DNA of 64,000 nucleotides from Heptranchias perlo (lineage: Eukaryota). Within the stretch, counting starts at the first letter, position 1. The number at the start of each line of letters is the position of its first letter. Below are positions 61,201 to 64,000 of this stretch, one piece after another. The stretch spans positions 1 to 64,000 of the forward strand of contig NW_027139436.1 of NCBI RefSeq assembly GCF_035084215.1. Reading direction: 5' to 3'. The notes under the pieces are model-generated. The model did not search any database. It was not told the DNA's origin and saw only the letters and a program-made list of their open reading frames with translations. Position numbers and translations under genes: made by a program.

Positions 61201-64000
61201 CAGGGGATCCAGAGATTGTACAGATATTAACCGGTGATGTTGAGATTCTTCTAACATTTACAGGGGATCCAGAGATTGTACTAATATTGACAGGGGTTAC
61301 AGAGATTGTACGAATAGTAATAGCTGATTCAGAGATTGTACTAATATTTACAGGGGATCCAGAGATTGCACTAATATTTAAAGGTGACCCAGAGATTGTA
61401 CTAATATTGACAGGGAATCCCGAGATTGTACTAATATTTACAGGAGATCCAGAGATTGTACGAATAAATACAGGGGATCCAGAGATTGTACTAATTTTTA
61501 GAGGTGACCCAGAGATTGTACAAATATTTACAGAGAGGTCCAGTGATTGTACTGATATTTAGAGGGGATCCAGAGATTGTACTAATATTTACAGGGGAGC
61601 CAGAGATTGTACGAATATTTACAGGGGATCCAGAGATTGTACTAATATTAACAGGTGATCCAGAGATTGTATTAATATTTACAGGGGATCTAGTGATTGT
61701 ACTAATATTTACAGAGAGTTCCAGAGATTGTATTAATATTTACTGGGGTTCCAGAGATTGTACTAATATTGACAGGGGATCCAGAGATTGTACGAATATT
61801 TACAGAGGATCCAGAGATTGTACTAATATTTACAGGGGATCCAGAGATTGCATTAATATTTACAGGGGATCTAGTGATTGTACTAATATTTACCGAGAGT
61901 TCCAGAGATTGTATTAATATTTACTGGGGTTCCAGAGATTGTACTAATATTGACAGGGGATCCAGAGATTGTACAAATATTTACAGAGGATGCAGAGATT
62001 GTTCTAATATTGGCAGGGGATCCAGAGATTGTACTAATATTTAGAGGGGAGCCAGAGATTGCATAAAAATTTTCAGGCGATCCAGAGATTGTACCAATAT
62101 TTACAGAGGATCCAGAGATTGTACTAATATTTACAGGAGATCCAGAGATTGCACTTATAATTACAGTGGATCCAGAGATTATACTAATATTTAAAGAGGA
62201 TCCAGAGATTATACTTATTTTGACAGGGGATCCAGAGATTGTACGAATATTACAGGGGATCCAGAGATTGCACTAATATTTACAGAGGATCCAGAGATTG
62301 TACTAATATTTACAGAGGATCCAGAGATTGTACTAATATTAACAGGGGATCCAGAGATTGTATTAACGTTCACAGGGGATCCAGAGATTGTACTAATATT
62401 TACAGGGGATCCAGAGATTGTACTAATATTTACAGGGGATCCAGAGATTGCATTAATATTTTCAGGGGATCTAGAGATTGTACTAATATTTACAGGGGAT
62501 CCAGAGATTGTACTAATAATTACAGGGGATCCAGATATTCTACTAATATTGACAGGGGATCCAGAGATTGTACTAATATTTACAGAGGATCTAGAGATTG
62601 TACTAATATTGACAGGGGATCCAGAGATTATACTAATATTCACAGAGGATCTAGAGATTGTACTAATTATGACAGGGGATCCAGAGATTACACTAATATT
62701 TACAGAGGATCCAGAGATTGTACCAATATTTACAGGGAAGCCAGAGATTGCAGTAATATTTTCAGGGGATCCAGAGATTGTACTAATATTTACAGAGGAT
62801 CCAGAGATTGTACCAATATTTCCAGGAGATCCAGAGATTGCACTAATATTTACAGAGGATCCACAGATTATACTAATATTTACAGAGGATCCAGAGCTTA
62901 TACTAATTTTGACAGGGGATCCAGACATTGTACGAATATTACAGGGGATCCAGAGATTGGACTAATATTTACAGGGGATCCAGAGATTTTACAAATATTA
63001 ACAGGGGATCCAGAGATTGTGCTAATATTTACAGGGGTTCCAGAGATTGTACTGATATTTACAGAGGATCCAGAGATTGTACTAATATTAACAGGGGATC
63101 CAGAGATTGTACTAATATTTCCAGGGGATCCAGAGATTGTACTAATATTTAAGGAGGATCCAGAGATTGCATTAATATTTTAAGAGGTCCAGTGATTGTA
63201 CTGATATTTAGAGGGGATCCAGAGATTGTACTAATATTTGCAGGTAATCCAGAGATTGTACTAATATTGACAGCGGATCCAGAGATTGTACTAATATTTG
63301 CAGGGGATCCAGAGATTGTGCCAATATTTACAGGGGATCCAGAGATTGTACTAATATTTACAGGGGATCCAGCGATTGTGCCAATATTTACAGGGGATCC
63401 AGAGATTGTAATAATATTTGCAGTGGATCCAGAGATTGTACCAATATTTACATGGGAGCTAGAGATTGCATTAATATTTTAAGAGGATCCAGAGATTGTA
63501 CTGATATTTACAGGGGATCCAGAGATTGTAGTAATATTTGCAGGGGAGCCAGAGATTGCATTAATATTTTCTGGGGATCCCGATATTGTACTAATATTTA
63601 CAGAGGATCCAGAGATTGTACTAATATGTACAGGGGATCCAGAGATTGTACCAATATTTACAGGGGATCCGGAGATTGTACCAATACTTAAAGGGGAGCC
63701 AGAGATTGCATTAATATTTTCAGGGGATCCAGAGATTGTGCTAATATTTACAGAGGATCCAGAGATTATACCAATTTTGACAGGGGATCCAGAGATTGTA
63801 CTAATATTTACAGAGAGTTCCAGTGATTGTCCTAATATTTACTCAAGATCCAGAGATTGCACTAATATTTACAGTGGATCCAGAGATTGTACCAATATTT
63901 ACAGTGGCTCCAGAGATTTTATTGATATTTACAGGGGATCCAGAGATTGTACCAATATTTACAGTTGATCCAGAGATTGTACAAATATTAACAGGTGATC
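55290..64000 (+). repeat. 30-bp minisatellite (>8.7 kb), probably in GPCR intron 1
   Basis: GATCCAGAGATTGTACTAATATTTACAGGG; variant pattern duplicated at a 3958-bp offset. Confidence 0.97.

Noticed and set aside
55967-63968. ORFs of repeated IVLIFTGDPE / RGSRDCTNIY
   Set aside because: The 30-bp unit is stop-free by chance, and frequent 1-nt indels show no frame selection.

Overview
Repeat-rich eukaryotic DNA from a cartilaginous fish, most likely a shark. The core is one complete, germline (unrearranged) immunoglobulin heavy-chain cluster of the IgW class on the minus strand (~9.26-34.23 kb). Its order is leader, VH, D1, D2, JH (12/23 RSS), six constant exons and three alternative 3' ends. 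These are a separate Cys-rich secretory-tail exon after CH2 (absent from the ORF track), a CH6-linked IgM-type tailpiece, and TM1/TM2 membrane exons. All exon boundaries were read by hand as GT-AG junctions in compatible phase. On the plus strand, exon 1 of a GPR139/142-like GPCR lies at ~54.5 kb and carries a tandem glycosylation-site repeat. The remainder is minisatellites, tRNA-derived SINEs and CR1/L2/Tx1 LINE fragments. Also present are two Penelope-type foldback elements, each with two oppositely oriented minimal hammerhead-ribozyme motifs, a CpG-rich array of CCAAT/NRF1/YY1 motifs, and duplicated modules bracketing the Ig cluster. Most long ORFs in the track are artefacts of tandem repeats. 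Ig coordinates should be accurate to a few bases; repeat boundaries are approximate.
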